A stretch of DNA of 64,000 nucleotides. It comes from Paludibacteraceae bacterium (GTDB lineage Bacteria > Bacillota > Clostridia > Lachnospirales > Lachnospiraceae). A program made the position numbers and the translations under genes. The DNA lies in assembly GCA_963629395.1 (NCBI GenBank), contig CAVGIV010000004.1:2095-66094 (forward strand), read 5' to 3'. Positions 18,210-28,352 of the stretch are shown here, piece by piece (positions within the stretch are counted from its first letter, which is position 1; each line of letters starts with the position of its first letter). Under the pieces are notes generated by a model. That model ran no database searches, was not told the DNA's origin, and worked only from the letters and a program-made list of their open reading frames with translations.

Positions 18210-19607
18210 ATGGCAATTCAGGTTGATATGATGAAAAAGGTTCCGGTCCGGGAGCAGGATCCCGCAGTCCGCGCCACGAATTTTGAAGAGGTTTGTCTGG
18301 GCTACAACGCAGAAGAAGTTCAGGCGGAGGCAACCCGCTGCCTTAACTGCAAGAATCCGCAGTGCATGCAGGGATGTCCCGTATCCATTAACATCCCCGG
18401 CTTTATTTCTGAGCTGAAAACCGGCAATGTAAAGGGCGCCTACGAGGTTATCAGTAAGTCCTCCGCACTCCCTGCTGTCTGCGGACGCGTCTGCCCGCAG
18501 GAGCGGCAGTGCGAAGCCAAGTGCATTCGCGGTATCCGCGGAGAGGCGGTTTCCATCGGCAAGCTCGAACGATTTACTGCTGATACCGCAAGAGAGATGG
18601 GCATCCGTCCGGAGAATCATTCTGTTCCCAACGGCAAGAAGGTCGCTGTCATCGGGGCCGGTCCTTCCGGACTGACCTGCGCAGGGGATCTTGCCAGAAT
18701 GGGATACAGCGTCCATATTTTTGAAGCACTGCACAAGGCGGGCGGCGTTTTGGTCTACGGAATCCCGGAATTTCGTCTGCCCAAGGAGCGCGTCGTTGCC
18801 AAGGAAGTGGAGAATGTCAAGGCCCTCGGGGTTACCATCGAAACAGACTGTGTGGTAGGCCGCTCTACAACTGTGGATCATCTGATGAAGGAGGAGGGCT
18901 TTGATGCCGTCTTTATCGGCTCCGGCGCAGGTCTTCCTACGTTCATGAATATTCCGGGAGAACAGGCGCTCGGCGTCTTTTCTGCAAACGAGTTCCTGAC
19001 AAGATCCAATCTGATGGGAGCGTACTCCGAGGAGTCCCGTACACCGATTATGCGTCCGAAGAAGTGCGTCGTTGTCGGCGGCGGCAATGTAGCCATGGAT
19101 GCTGCAAGAACAGCCAGACGCCTTGGTGCAGAGACACACATTGTGTATCGCCGCAGCGAGGAGGAGCTTCCTGCCAGAAAGGAAGAGGTTGGGCATGCCA
19201 AGGAGGAGGGCATTGTATTTGATCTTCTGTGCAATCCGACTGAGATTCTGGTGGATGAGAACGGCTGGGTAAAGGGCTGCCGGTGCATCCGCATGGAGCT
19301 TGGCGAGCCTGATGCGTCCGGAAGACGCCGCCCTGTGGAGATTCCGGACTCTGCATTTGAAATCGAGTGCGATGCCGTCATCATGGCGCTTGGAACCTCG
19401 CCCAATCCGCTGCTGCACCGGACCACAGAGGGTCTGGACGCTGATAAGAGAGGCCGCCTTATTGTCAAGGAAGGTACGGAAGAGACTTCAAAGCCGGGCG
19501 TATTCGCCGGCGGCGATGCTGTAACCGGCGCTGCAACGGTCATCCTGGCCATGGGAGCCGGCAAACAGGCCGCAAAAGAAATTGATGAGTATCTGAAGAA
19601 CGCATGA
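18210..19607 (+). CDS. nfnB: NfnB-like NADPH-dependent oxidoreductase (glutamate synthase small-chain/GltA homotetrameric type)
   Basis: CLNCKNPQCMQGCPV and CGRVCPQERQCEAKC Fe-S motifs. VAVIGAGPSGLTCA and VVVGGGNVAMDAAR dinucleotide folds. Confidence 0.85.
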   Translation: MAIQVDMMKKVPVREQDPAVRATNFEEVCLGYNAEEVQAEATRCLNCKNPQCMQGCPVSINIPGFISELKTGNVKGAYEVISKSSALPAVCGRVCPQERQCEAKCIRGIRGEAVSIGKLERFTADTAREMGIRPENHSVPNGKKVAVIGAGPSGLTCAGDLARMGYSVHIFEALHKAGGVLVYGIPEFRLPKERVVAKEVENVKALGVTIETDCVVGRSTTVDHLMKEEGFDAVFIGSGAGLPTFMNIPGEQALGVFSANEFLTRSNLMGAYSEESRTPIMRPKKCVVVGGGNVAMDAARTARRLGAETHIVYRRSEEELPARKEEVGHAKEEGIVFDLLCNPTEILVDENGWVKGCRCIRMELGEPDASGRRRPVEIPDSAFEIECDAVIMALGTSPNPLLHRTTEGLDADKRGRLIVKEGTEETSKPGVFAGGDAVTGAATVILAMGAGKQAAKEIDEYLKNA

Positions 19608-20617
19608 AGACAGAAAAGCTGCAGCTAAGCGCAGACATTCAGCGCGACATATTCGGAAGAGGGGACAGCTTTGTCCGCAGAATCGAAGATGAGCTGGGCG
19701 TTGCAGTTGTAACGCGCGGCGGTGAAATTCTCATCTCCGGAGAGGATCCGGAGGCCGTTTCGCAGGCTATGCTGACGTTTCGGCAGTTGGCAGGGCTTGC
19801 CGGAAGGGGAACCATGATCGAGGATCAGAATGTGAATTATATTCTGGACGTGCAAAAGGAGGCCCGGGACAATCCGGACCTTCTGCCCGCCCTTGACAGC
19901 GATGTAATCTGCCATACCACAACCGGAAAGCCCATTAAGCCCAAGACCATCGGTCAGGAAAAATATATTCAGGCCATCCGGGATCATCTGATTGTTTTTG
20001 CAAACGGACCGGCAGGTACCGGCAAGACCTTCCTTGCCATGGCAATGGCCATTACGGCCTTTCAGAACCATGAGGTAGAACGGATTATACTGACACGTCC
20101 TGCCATCGAGGCCGGAGAGAAGCTGGGTTTTCTTCCGGGAGATCTGCAGAGCAAGGTGGATCCGTATCTGCGGCCGCTCTATGATGCGTTGTACCAGATT
20201 ATGGGAGCCGACAAGTTTCAGGCCAATATGGAGAAGGGGCTCATCGAGGTGGCACCGCTCGCCTATATGCGCGGACGCACACTGGACAATGCCTACATCA
20301 TTCTGGATGAAGCACAGAACACCACACCAGAGCAGATGAAGATGTTTCTGACGCGCTTTGGCTTCGGTTCACACGCGGTGATTACCGGTGATGCCACCCA
20401 GAAGGACCTGGCAAGAGGCACCGTATCCGGTCTGGATGTGGCCACAAGGGTTCTTGCCCGCAAAAAGATCGAGGGTCTTTGCTTTGTAACGCTGGATGCC
20501 AGAGATGTGGTTCGTCATCCGGTCGTGCAGAAGATTGTAAAAGCCTATGAGGAGTATGAAAAACATGCAGCTGCAGCTGATCGTCAGCGAAGAGAATACC
20601 GCAGATCCCAGTCTTGA
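19604..20617 (+). CDS. phoH: PhoH-family ATPase
   Basis: GPAGTGKTFLAMAMA Walker A, ILTRPAIEAGEKLGFLPGD, IILDEAQNTT. Confidence 0.9.
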   Translation: MKTEKLQLSADIQRDIFGRGDSFVRRIEDELGVAVVTRGGEILISGEDPEAVSQAMLTFRQLAGLAGRGTMIEDQNVNYILDVQKEARDNPDLLPALDSDVICHTTTGKPIKPKTIGQEKYIQAIRDHLIVFANGPAGTGKTFLAMAMAITAFQNHEVERIILTRPAIEAGEKLGFLPGDLQSKVDPYLRPLYDALYQIMGADKFQANMEKGLIEVAPLAYMRGRTLDNAYIILDEAQNTTPEQMKMFLTRFGFGSHAVITGDATQKDLARGTVSGLDVATRVLARKKIEGLCFVTLDARDVVRHPVVQKIVKAYEEYEKHAAAADRQRREYRRSQS

Positions 20618-21107
20618 GTTTGATTTTGACAAGGAAGAGATCGCAAGAGCCGTTTGTGAAAAGGCTCTTGAGCTGGAAGGCTGCCCGGTACCGGCAGAGG
20701 TTTCCCTAAGCTATGTCGGCGACGAGGAGATTCGCAGCATTAACAGCACCTGCCGCGGGCTGGATCAGTCCACAGATGTGCTCTCCTTCCCGAATCTTCC
20801 GTTTGAAGGTGCGGACGGCCCTGGAAACTGGGAGATTCTCTTATCAGCGGATGGAAGTACTGCTGCGGATTTAATGGATCCGGAAACCGGATGCCTTCTT
20901 CTGGGGGACATTGTGCTGAATCTGAACCGCACGGCCAGCCAGGCGGAAGAATACGGACATTCCAGAAAGCGCGAGTTTGCGTTTCTGATTGCACACAGCA
21001 TGCTCCATCTGTGCGGCTATGATCATATGACGCCGGAGGATGCGGCGGTGATGTTCGACCGGCAGGAAAGCATTCTTTCGGCACTGCAGATAACGCGGGA
21101 GGTGTAA
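20565..21107 (+). CDS. ybeY: rRNA maturation endoribonuclease YbeY
   Basis: TDVLSFP and HSMLHLCGYDH zinc-binding motif. ATG 20565 has a GGAG 9 nt upstream. Overlaps the phoH 3' end. Confidence 0.85.
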   Translation: MQLQLIVSEENTADPSLEFDFDKEEIARAVCEKALELEGCPVPAEVSLSYVGDEEIRSINSTCRGLDQSTDVLSFPNLPFEGADGPGNWEILLSADGSTAADLMDPETGCLLLGDIVLNLNRTASQAEEYGHSRKREFAFLIAHSMLHLCGYDHMTPEDAAVMFDRQESILSALQITREV

Positions 21108-21112
21108 AGCGG

Positions 21113-22783
21113 GTGGCAGGTTCCAGAAAGCTTCGCAAATTTGATATCGGTCTTACCTCGGTGCTTTTGCAGCCTGTGGTTCTTTGTGTTTTATCCGTTT
21201 TGGTTTCATTGTTCCTCGGCAGCAGTGTGATGTTTTATGCCGGGATTCCATTTCTTCTCCTGGCGGCAGCCTCCGTTGGCAGCTTTGTCGGCGTTGGCGG
21301 CTTTGTTGCGCGTCAGATAGAAAAGCGCCTGCAGCGCCGCAGGTACGCGGATGCTGCCGCGGTTTTTTATGCCTCCCTGAAGGTGCTTTTATTCACCTGT
21401 CTCGGAGGCTTTCTTCTGTGCTGGGGAGGAACGTTTCTTCTTAACAATGCTTTATCGGCAGCGGTCGTGCGCATGTTCCTTCCGGCTTTGTTTCTGTATC
21501 CTTTTTTGGGGCTTCTTCAGGGTCTTCTTATGGGAGGCGGGACGCAAAGGTCAAAGCGCCTTGCTGCGCTCATGCCCTGGGCCCTGACCATCGGGAGCTT
21601 TACGGCCGGCGGCATATTGTCCATCACCGGCTATAACAGAGGCATAAAGGTCGGTGCACTTCTTCGCAACGATTCCATGTGCTACATCTATGCCGCCTGT
21701 GGCATGGCAGCCGGTGCTTCTATTATTGTCTGCGCGGTATTGGTGCTGGGGGCTGTTGCCGGCTTTCTATCCCTTCGCTCTCTGCAGCGAAGTTACCGTT
21801 TTCGTCAGGATGACCTGTTTCGCACTGACAAAAGAGAGAGTGCAGCAGAGCTTTTTTCCTATTGTCTTCGCCACCTTACCCTGGCGCTTTCCATGCCGGT
21901 GTTCCCGGCGGCAGCGGTCCTTATAGGAGTACGCCTTTGGATGAGCTCACAGGGAGTTCGTTCCAATACGCTGGCATCGTTTTGGGGCGGCTTTATCGGA
22001 ATCGGACTTCCGGCTTGCGTAGGGCTTGCCTTTCTTGCGGCAATGCCGTTCACTGCGCTTGCCATGCAGGTTGTACGCACATGGCAGTCCGGGAAAAAGA
22101 AAGCCATGCGCATGCGGCTTGCCCTGCTGCTGCGGCTCTCGGGCTATGTTGGCATTCCGATGTCTGCTTTTGTTTTTGCTGCAGCGAAGGAAATTACGGC
22201 CATGTTCCATGCGCTGACGTTTAAGGCAGAGGAATCGGCCATTTTATCGCTGAAATCCGGAAGCTTTCTGATTTTCCTCCTGCAGACAATTATTCTGGTG
22301 CTGATTGTGTACTGGAACTGCAATGGCAGGAGGATGATCTTCCTGGCCGGATGCATTTCATTTTTTGCTGCGATTGTTCTGCAGGTTCTTTTGCACCTGT
22401 TCGGCGTTGGCATAACAATGAATATGTGGCCGCTGGATGTCATGGCTGCTGTATTTTTGACTGCGCTGTACATTGGCGGACATTCCCTGTTCGGCAGGCT
22501 GGATTCGACCTTCTGGTATGACGATCTGCTGATCGCTGCGTGTGCAGGAATTTCCGCGATTCCCCTGATTCTTCTCAACGATTATCTGATTCTGGTCATG
22601 CCGGCAGCGGTTGCTTTTGTGCTGATGCTGGCTGTGTACTGGACCCTTTTTGTCGTGCTCAGCATCCTTCTTCATGCGGCGGATCTGCTCAATATGCACC
22701 GGATTCCTTTGGGCAAATGGATTTATGATATCGCGGTGATTCTGGGCTATGCGGATTCGGAAGAGGACGAAGAGGATGAGTAG
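21113..22783 (+). CDS. Polytopic membrane protein, possibly a MOP/MurJ/SpoVB-like flippase
   Basis: At least 12 hydrophobic segments, GTG start, acidic tail ADSEEDEEDE. The family assignment is tentative and from general pattern only. Confidence 0.45.
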   Translation: MAGSRKLRKFDIGLTSVLLQPVVLCVLSVLVSLFLGSSVMFYAGIPFLLLAAASVGSFVGVGGFVARQIEKRLQRRRYADAAAVFYASLKVLLFTCLGGFLLCWGGTFLLNNALSAAVVRMFLPALFLYPFLGLLQGLLMGGGTQRSKRLAALMPWALTIGSFTAGGILSITGYNRGIKVGALLRNDSMCYIYAACGMAAGASIIVCAVLVLGAVAGFLSLRSLQRSYRFRQDDLFRTDKRESAAELFSYCLRHLTLALSMPVFPAAAVLIGVRLWMSSQGVRSNTLASFWGGFIGIGLPACVGLAFLAAMPFTALAMQVVRTWQSGKKKAMRMRLALLLRLSGYVGIPMSAFVFAAAKEITAMFHALTFKAEESAILSLKSGSFLIFLLQTIILVLIVYWNCNGRRMIFLAGCISFFAAIVLQVLLHLFGVGITMNMWPLDVMAAVFLTALYIGGHSLFGRLDSTFWYDDLLIAACAGISAIPLILLNDYLILVMPAAVAFVLMLAVYWTLFVVLSILLHAADLLNMHRIPLGKWIYDIAVILGYADSEEDEEDE

Positions 22784-24191
22784 AGGACAGACGGGACATC
22801 CTGATTGCAGCGAGCAGCCTTTAAAATCCTGCTCGCTCCTTGTTATCGGCGGCGGAATGGCAGGGCTTACGGCTGCGATCTATGCAGGGCTATCGTGGGA
22901 AGGCAGAAAGCCGCTGGACATTGTCCTTCTGGATGCGAACAAGGAGCCGGGGAAAAAGCTCCTTGTGACCGGAAACGGGCGCTGCAACATCACGAATCTG
23001 CTGCAGAATGCGGACTGTTATCGCAGCAGTGCCGGTAATGCTCTCAAGGACTTTGTCTTCGCCGATTGTGCTTCCTGGCCGGAGCAATTGCTGACGTTCC
23101 TACGCAGCGAGCTTGGCGTTTTGACACATGAGAGGCAGGGGTATGTCTATCCCCGCAGTGATCAGGCAGCGACCGTTCAAAAGGCGCTCCTTCAAAAGGC
23201 AGAGGCCCTTGGAGTTCAAATTCTGTCCGGCGTGCGGGCAACCTCGGTTTCTATGTGCCCGGATGGAAACGGCTGCAGGCAGTTTCTGGTTACCGCGTCA
23301 GGGCTTCCTTCCGGAACGTCCGTTCGGGCGGCTTCGGTCATTCTGGCAACGGGCGGCATGGTCTCCGGAGCGTACGGGTGCGTCGGAGATGGGTACCGGC
23401 TTGCCCAGTCGCTTGGACATCCGGTGACCAAACGGTTTCCGGCACTTTGCATGCTGCTCTCAAAGGATCCCGGCCTGCAGCGCCTTTCAGGCGTGCGTAC
23501 GACAGGAGAGATTCGCCTGTATTCTGACAGGGAGCAGCTCGCATCGAGCAGAGGCGAGCTGCAGTTTACTGCAGAGGGGATCAGCGGGATTCCGACCTTT
23601 CAGGTATCCAGATATGCTGCCGGGGCGGATGCAGAGCACCCTGTGACGGCAGTCATTGATTTCCTTCCGGAGCTCTTAGATGCCGAGTGGGATCAGATCT
23701 GCAGGCAGCGACTGGAAAAGGCCTATAAAGAGATTTCTGATGTGAAGCAGTGCATTTTGGAAGGTCGGTCCATACGCGGGACATCTGTGCTGCAGGATTT
23801 TCTGTTGGGCCTCGTGCCGGATAAGACAGCGGCGTTTCTGATTGAGCGCTGCGGCGAGGTTCCGGAACGAAAGCTCTATAAGCTGCCGCATCCGCAGCGA
23901 ACACTGCAGATGCTTCTCGACCTGGTGCGGCATACCGAGTTCGCTGTTACCGGGACACCCGGCTTTGAAAAAGCACAGGTGACAGCCGGCGGCGTTTCCC
24001 TTTCCGGCATAGATGCCGGTATGGAATCCGAAAAGGTTCCCGGACTGTACATGGCCGGTGAGCTTTTGGATGTTGACGGAATCTGCGGCGGCTATAACCT
24101 TACCTTTGCCTTCCATTCCGGATCGGCTGCAGGGAAAAGTGCAGCAAGACGCCTGATGAAGGAGAACGGAGACAACAATTGCTCGAATTAA
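22776..24191 (+). CDS. HI0933/BaiN-like FAD-binding protein (aminoacetone-oxidase family)
   Basis: VIGGGMAGLTAAIYA dinucleotide fold, TGNGRCNITN, ATGGMV, C-terminal GELLDVDGICGGYNL. Confidence 0.8.
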   Translation: MSRGQTGHPDCSEQPLKSCSLLVIGGGMAGLTAAIYAGLSWEGRKPLDIVLLDANKEPGKKLLVTGNGRCNITNLLQNADCYRSSAGNALKDFVFADCASWPEQLLTFLRSELGVLTHERQGYVYPRSDQAATVQKALLQKAEALGVQILSGVRATSVSMCPDGNGCRQFLVTASGLPSGTSVRAASVILATGGMVSGAYGCVGDGYRLAQSLGHPVTKRFPALCMLLSKDPGLQRLSGVRTTGEIRLYSDREQLASSRGELQFTAEGISGIPTFQVSRYAAGADAEHPVTAVIDFLPELLDAEWDQICRQRLEKAYKEISDVKQCILEGRSIRGTSVLQDFLLGLVPDKTAAFLIERCGEVPERKLYKLPHPQRTLQMLLDLVRHTEFAVTGTPGFEKAQVTAGGVSLSGIDAGMESEKVPGLYMAGELLDVDGICGGYNLTFAFHSGSAAGKSAARRLMKENGDNNCSN

Positions 24192-25831
24192 GTCAAGTAA
24201 AGCTTCCTTGCGGCACCGACCGTGGAATGCTGGAGAGTAAAATACGAAAACAGCTTCGCCTTCCGGCGGGTGCAGAGATGACATACCGCATCACCCGCCA
24301 TGCCGTTGACGCCAGAAAAAAGCCGGTCCTCTGGGATGTGTACACGGTGCAGATTCAGCTTTCCTTTCAAAAGGAGGAGGAACGGGTACTTGCAAGGGCC
24401 GGGAAGGCCGGAATTTCCCTTCGCAGAAAGGATCCGGTTATCTACCGGTTTCCGGCACCTTCTTTGGAAGGGCCGGTGCTCTGTCATCCTCCGGTTATTG
24501 TTGGGTTCGGACCAGCCGGTATTTTCGCCGGATTGATGCTGGCAAGAGCCGGCTACGCTCCGATCATACTCGAGCGCGGGCAGTGTATGGAGGAGCGCAC
24601 CAGGAGCGTAGAGACCTTCTGGGCAAGCGGCGTTTTGGATCCGGATTCGAACATTCAGTTCGGCGAGGGAGGAGCCGGAACCTTTTCAGACGGCAAGCTT
24701 ACATCGAATGTAACCGACAAGGCCGGGCGCGTGCAGGAGGTCATAGAGACCTTTATAAAGGCAGGAGCACCGGAGGATATTGCCTATGAACAGATTCCGC
24801 ATATAGGCACGGACCGGCTCCGTGAGGTGATCCGCACGCTTCGAGGTGAAATCTGCCGGCTGGGCGGCCAGATCCGGTTTGATACCTGTGTAACCGATCT
24901 TTTCATTGAGGACGGGAGGCTGCAGGGGCTGTGGACAAGGACCCGCGGCGAGGAAAGCACTGCCTTTCTTCCGGCAGAAGCCGTCATTCTGGCTCCGGGC
25001 CACAGTGCAAGAGATACCATTCGGATGCTAAAACGCCGCAATGTCCCCATGGAAGCCAAAAATTTTGCGGTAGGCTTTCGCGTTTCACATCCGCAGCAGC
25101 TGATCAACCAAAATCAATACGGCATTTCCGATCCGGAGGAGCTTTTCCGCCTTCATCTGACACCGGCCAGCTATAAGCTCACAGCAAGGGCCGCTGACGG
25201 CAGGGGCGTGTATTCCTTCTGTATGTGTCCGGGCGGATTTGTTGTGAATGCGTCCTCTGAACCAAAAAGACTTGCCGTAAACGGAATGAGCGACTATAAA
25301 AGAGATGCGGAGCGCGCCAACAGCGCCATTGTCATGACAGTGGATCCGAAGGACTTTGGCGGATCGTCCGTTCTGGATGGACTTTCTTTTCAGGAGAAGC
25401 TGGAGGAGAGGGCCTACGCACTGGCCGGCGGCAGGGTGCCGGTCCAGCGTTTTTCCTCCTTCAGGGCCGGTCAGACAGATGCCGGCATTCCATCCTCAAA
25501 GGAGTTATGCATCAAGGGCAGTGCTGCACCGGCACCGCTTCATACGCTCCTTCCGCCGGATCTGACAGAAGATTTCAAGGAGGGCATGCAGCAATTCGGA
25601 CAGCGAATGCCGGGATATGACGGGAGTGACTGCTATGTCATCGGTCTGGAATCGCGTACAAGCTCTCCGGTCCGCATCCTTCGGGGAGAGGACGGAGCAT
25701 CCCGGGTAGCCGGCCTTTTCCCATGCGGCGAGGGTGCCGGATATGCCGGCGGCATCATGTCTGCCGCCGTCGACGGAATTCGTATGGCGGAGAAGGTGGC
25801 GCAGCAGTTTCGGCCAGCCACCATGAGGTGA
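24179..25831 (+). CDS. Uncharacterised FAD-dependent dehydrogenase (COG2509-like)
   Basis: N-terminal ferredoxin-like part (VKLPCG...TYRITRHAVDARKK), VIVGFGPAGIFAGL, GEGGAGTFSDGKL, CGEGAGYAGGIMSAAVDG. TTG start overlaps the previous gene by 13 nt. Confidence 0.7.
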   Translation: MLELSQVKLPCGTDRGMLESKIRKQLRLPAGAEMTYRITRHAVDARKKPVLWDVYTVQIQLSFQKEEERVLARAGKAGISLRRKDPVIYRFPAPSLEGPVLCHPPVIVGFGPAGIFAGLMLARAGYAPIILERGQCMEERTRSVETFWASGVLDPDSNIQFGEGGAGTFSDGKLTSNVTDKAGRVQEVIETFIKAGAPEDIAYEQIPHIGTDRLREVIRTLRGEICRLGGQIRFDTCVTDLFIEDGRLQGLWTRTRGEESTAFLPAEAVILAPGHSARDTIRMLKRRNVPMEAKNFAVGFRVSHPQQLINQNQYGISDPEELFRLHLTPASYKLTARAADGRGVYSFCMCPGGFVVNASSEPKRLAVNGMSDYKRDAERANSAIVMTVDPKDFGGSSVLDGLSFQEKLEERAYALAGGRVPVQRFSSFRAGQTDAGIPSSKELCIKGSAAPAPLHTLLPPDLTEDFKEGMQQFGQRMPGYDGSDCYVIGLESRTSSPVRILRGEDGASRVAGLFPCGEGAGYAGGIMSAAVDGIRMAEKVAQQFRPATMR

Positions 25832-25836
25832 TTATC

Positions 25837-26751
25837 ATGCACTTTTGTCAGCAGATGTTTGTAGAAAACGATACGAGAAAACAGAATCTGGAATACCGCG
25901 CAGGTCTTAAAGACCGGAAGCGGATTGTGGTTAAAATCGGCTCGTCCTCGCTGATTCATCCTGAGACGGGACGACTGGACTATCACAGGATCGATCATCT
26001 TGCGGGAGAGCTTTCCGATCTGAAGAACCAGGGAAAGGATGTGATTCTGGTTACCTCCGGTGCAACGGCTGTCGGACGCGAGGTGCTGGGAGAGAGCCGG
26101 CAGATTCTTGCAAAGGACACCGGAAAAATGAGCCGCAAGCAGGCCTGCGCTTCGATTGGACAGGCACGCCTGATCATGATCTATCAGAAGTTCTTCGAAG
26201 AATACAACCAGCTGACCGGGCAGGTTTTGATGACGAAAACAACCATCGTCAATCCATCCAGCAAGGAGAATCTGGAGGGCACCCTTCGCGAGCTTTTGGA
26301 CCTGGGCGTCATTCCGATCGTCAATGAGAATGACGTTGTGGCAACGCTGGAATACCAGCTCGGCGACAACGACTCGCTTTCTGCAATGGTTGCATCCATT
26401 CTGCAGGCAGATCTTCTGATCCTGCTTTCCGATGTGGACGGATTGTATACCGATGATCCGCGGAGCAATCTGAAGGCATCCTTTATTGAATATGTGCCGC
26501 ACCTTACAGATGAAATCATGGGGATGGGGAAGGAATCGACCGGGAGCGGCGTTGGCACCGGCGGTATGAATACCAAGCTTCACGCTGCCAAAATGGCCAC
26601 AGCCTCCGGGTGTGACATGGTTATCGCCAATACCAAAAACGGCGTCGGCATCATCGCAGATGTGATAAACGGCGTCAATGTCGGAACGCTCTTTTGTGCA
26701 GACAAGGATGCGTCCTTTGACCTGATTCAGTATGTGGAGGAAACCTATTAA
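25837..26751 (+). CDS. proB: Glutamate 5-kinase (no PUA domain)
   Basis: RIVVKIGSSSL, VTSGATAVG, NENDVVA...GDNDSLSAMVA, GTGGMNTKL. ATG 25855 is an alternative start. Confidence 0.85.
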   Translation: MHFCQQMFVENDTRKQNLEYRAGLKDRKRIVVKIGSSSLIHPETGRLDYHRIDHLAGELSDLKNQGKDVILVTSGATAVGREVLGESRQILAKDTGKMSRKQACASIGQARLIMIYQKFFEEYNQLTGQVLMTKTTIVNPSSKENLEGTLRELLDLGVIPIVNENDVVATLEYQLGDNDSLSAMVASILQADLLILLSDVDGLYTDDPRSNLKASFIEYVPHLTDEIMGMGKESTGSGVGTGGMNTKLHAAKMATASGCDMVIANTKNGVGIIADVINGVNVGTLFCADKDASFDLIQYVEETY

Positions 26752-27359
26752 TGATTACCAGCCAGATGGAATTCGACCAGGAAAAAAAGGACCTGCGCCG
26801 GAAAATGAAACAGCTCCGGGATGAGATTCCGGAGGAATCGAGAAAAGAACAAAGCAAGACCATCACGAACATTATCCTGAATACGGCGCTGTATGAAAGT
26901 GCTGCATTTATTCTGAGCTATGTATCCTTCGGCTCCGAGGTTGATACAACGGAGCTGATTGAGCATGCCATCCGGGACGGCAAAAAGGTATATGTTCCGA
27001 AGGTTCTGGGAAACGGCAGTATGGACTTTTTCCAGTGTGAAGACCTCTCGAGGCTCCGCCCCGGTGCCATGGGAATTCTGGAGCCGGAGACAGATCCGTG
27101 TGCCCTGTTCCCGTATACTACGCATATTTCACTGGATTCTGCAGAGAACTGCATGATCCTCGTTCCGGGACTGGCCTTTGACAAAAAGCTGGGCCGCCTT
27201 GGCTTCGGCGGGGGATACTATGACCGGTATCTGTCTCATTTCTGCAAAAAGATGGCGATCGGCATGGCCTATAATGAGCAGATGATTGACGAGGTTCCAA
27301 TGGGACAGGAGGATGTCCCGGTGGACCTTGTCGTTACGCCGGAGCGGGCGTATTTCTAA
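26751..27359 (+). CDS. 5-formyltetrahydrofolate cyclo-ligase
   Basis: ~200 aa, KKDLRRKMKQLR N-terminus, LVPGLAFDKKLGRLGFGGGYYDRYL. Confidence 0.8.
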   Translation: MITSQMEFDQEKKDLRRKMKQLRDEIPEESRKEQSKTITNIILNTALYESAAFILSYVSFGSEVDTTELIEHAIRDGKKVYVPKVLGNGSMDFFQCEDLSRLRPGAMGILEPETDPCALFPYTTHISLDSAENCMILVPGLAFDKKLGRLGFGGGYYDRYLSHFCKKMAIGMAYNEQMIDEVPMGQEDVPVDLVVTPERAYF

Positions 27360-27423
27360 GAAACAAGAGATTTTGCCTGGCTCTGCTTCGTTCCGGTCTA
27401 TACCTTATAAGAGGAATTCTGTA

Positions 27424-28269
27424 ATGCTGAAAGAAACAACCAGTCGTAAATATGAGGCCCTCCGGGAGATCCTTGGACAGATGGGGAGTGTTGCCGTTGC
27501 CTTTTCCGGCGGGGTGGACTCCACGCTGCTGTTGACGGTGGCCGGTGACGTCCTTGGCGAAAGAGCCGTTGCCGTGACCGCCGCCTCGGAAACCTTTCCC
27601 TCGCGGGAAGCAAAGGAAGCGGCCGAGTTCTGCAGGGAGCACAGCATTCGTCAGATCGTTTTTGAATCCGGTGAAATTGACGTGCCCGGATACCGGGAGA
27701 ACCCGGTAAACCGCTGTTATCTTTGCAAGCACTCCCTGTTCGAGGGAATTCTCAAACTTGCTAAGGAGAATGATCTTGCCTTTGTGGCAGAAGGCTCCAA
27801 TACCGATGACCTGGGAGATTTCCGTCCCGGAATGCTTGCCATAAAGGAGCTGGGAATTCGTTCACCTCTCCGTGAGGCAGGCCTTTGCAAGGACGAGATT
27901 CGGGAAATCTCAAAGGAGCTGGGGCTCCCCACCTGGCGCAAGCAGTCTTATGCCTGTCTTGCATCCCGTTTTGTCTACGGAGAGACCATTTCCGAAGAAA
28001 AGCTTTCCATGGTAGACAAGGCAGAGGAGTTTCTCCTGGAGCTTGGCTTTCATCAGCTTCGGGTACGTATCCATGACAAGCTGGCGAGAATCGAGGTTAT
28101 GCCGGAGGAGTTCGGTGCTCTTCTGGATAAGAGAGAGGCCATCACGGAGGCCTTTCGTTCCTATGGCTTTGCCTATGTCACAATGGATCTGCAGGGATAT
28201 CGCACCGGCAGCATGAATGAAACGCTGGATACGAAAACGGTTGCCGCGGTGCTGAAAAAGGAACGCTGA
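27424..28269 (+). CDS. larE: ATP-dependent sacrificial sulfur transferase LarE (PP-loop ATPase)
   Basis: AVAFSGGVDSTLL PP-loop, CYLCK, YACLASRF, LRVRIHDKLARIEV. The ORF-track start at 27286 is an upstream extension. Confidence 0.8.
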   Translation: MLKETTSRKYEALREILGQMGSVAVAFSGGVDSTLLLTVAGDVLGERAVAVTAASETFPSREAKEAAEFCREHSIRQIVFESGEIDVPGYRENPVNRCYLCKHSLFEGILKLAKENDLAFVAEGSNTDDLGDFRPGMLAIKELGIRSPLREAGLCKDEIREISKELGLPTWRKQSYACLASRFVYGETISEEKLSMVDKAEEFLLELGFHQLRVRIHDKLARIEVMPEEFGALLDKREAITEAFRSYGFAYVTMDLQGYRTGSMNETLDTKTVAAVLKKER

Positions 28270-28352
28270 AGCAGCCATATGCCTATCTCACGCAGGCATC
28301 AACACAAATAGAAATCAGCCACAGGATAAGCAGCAGAAGGGGTGATACGGGA

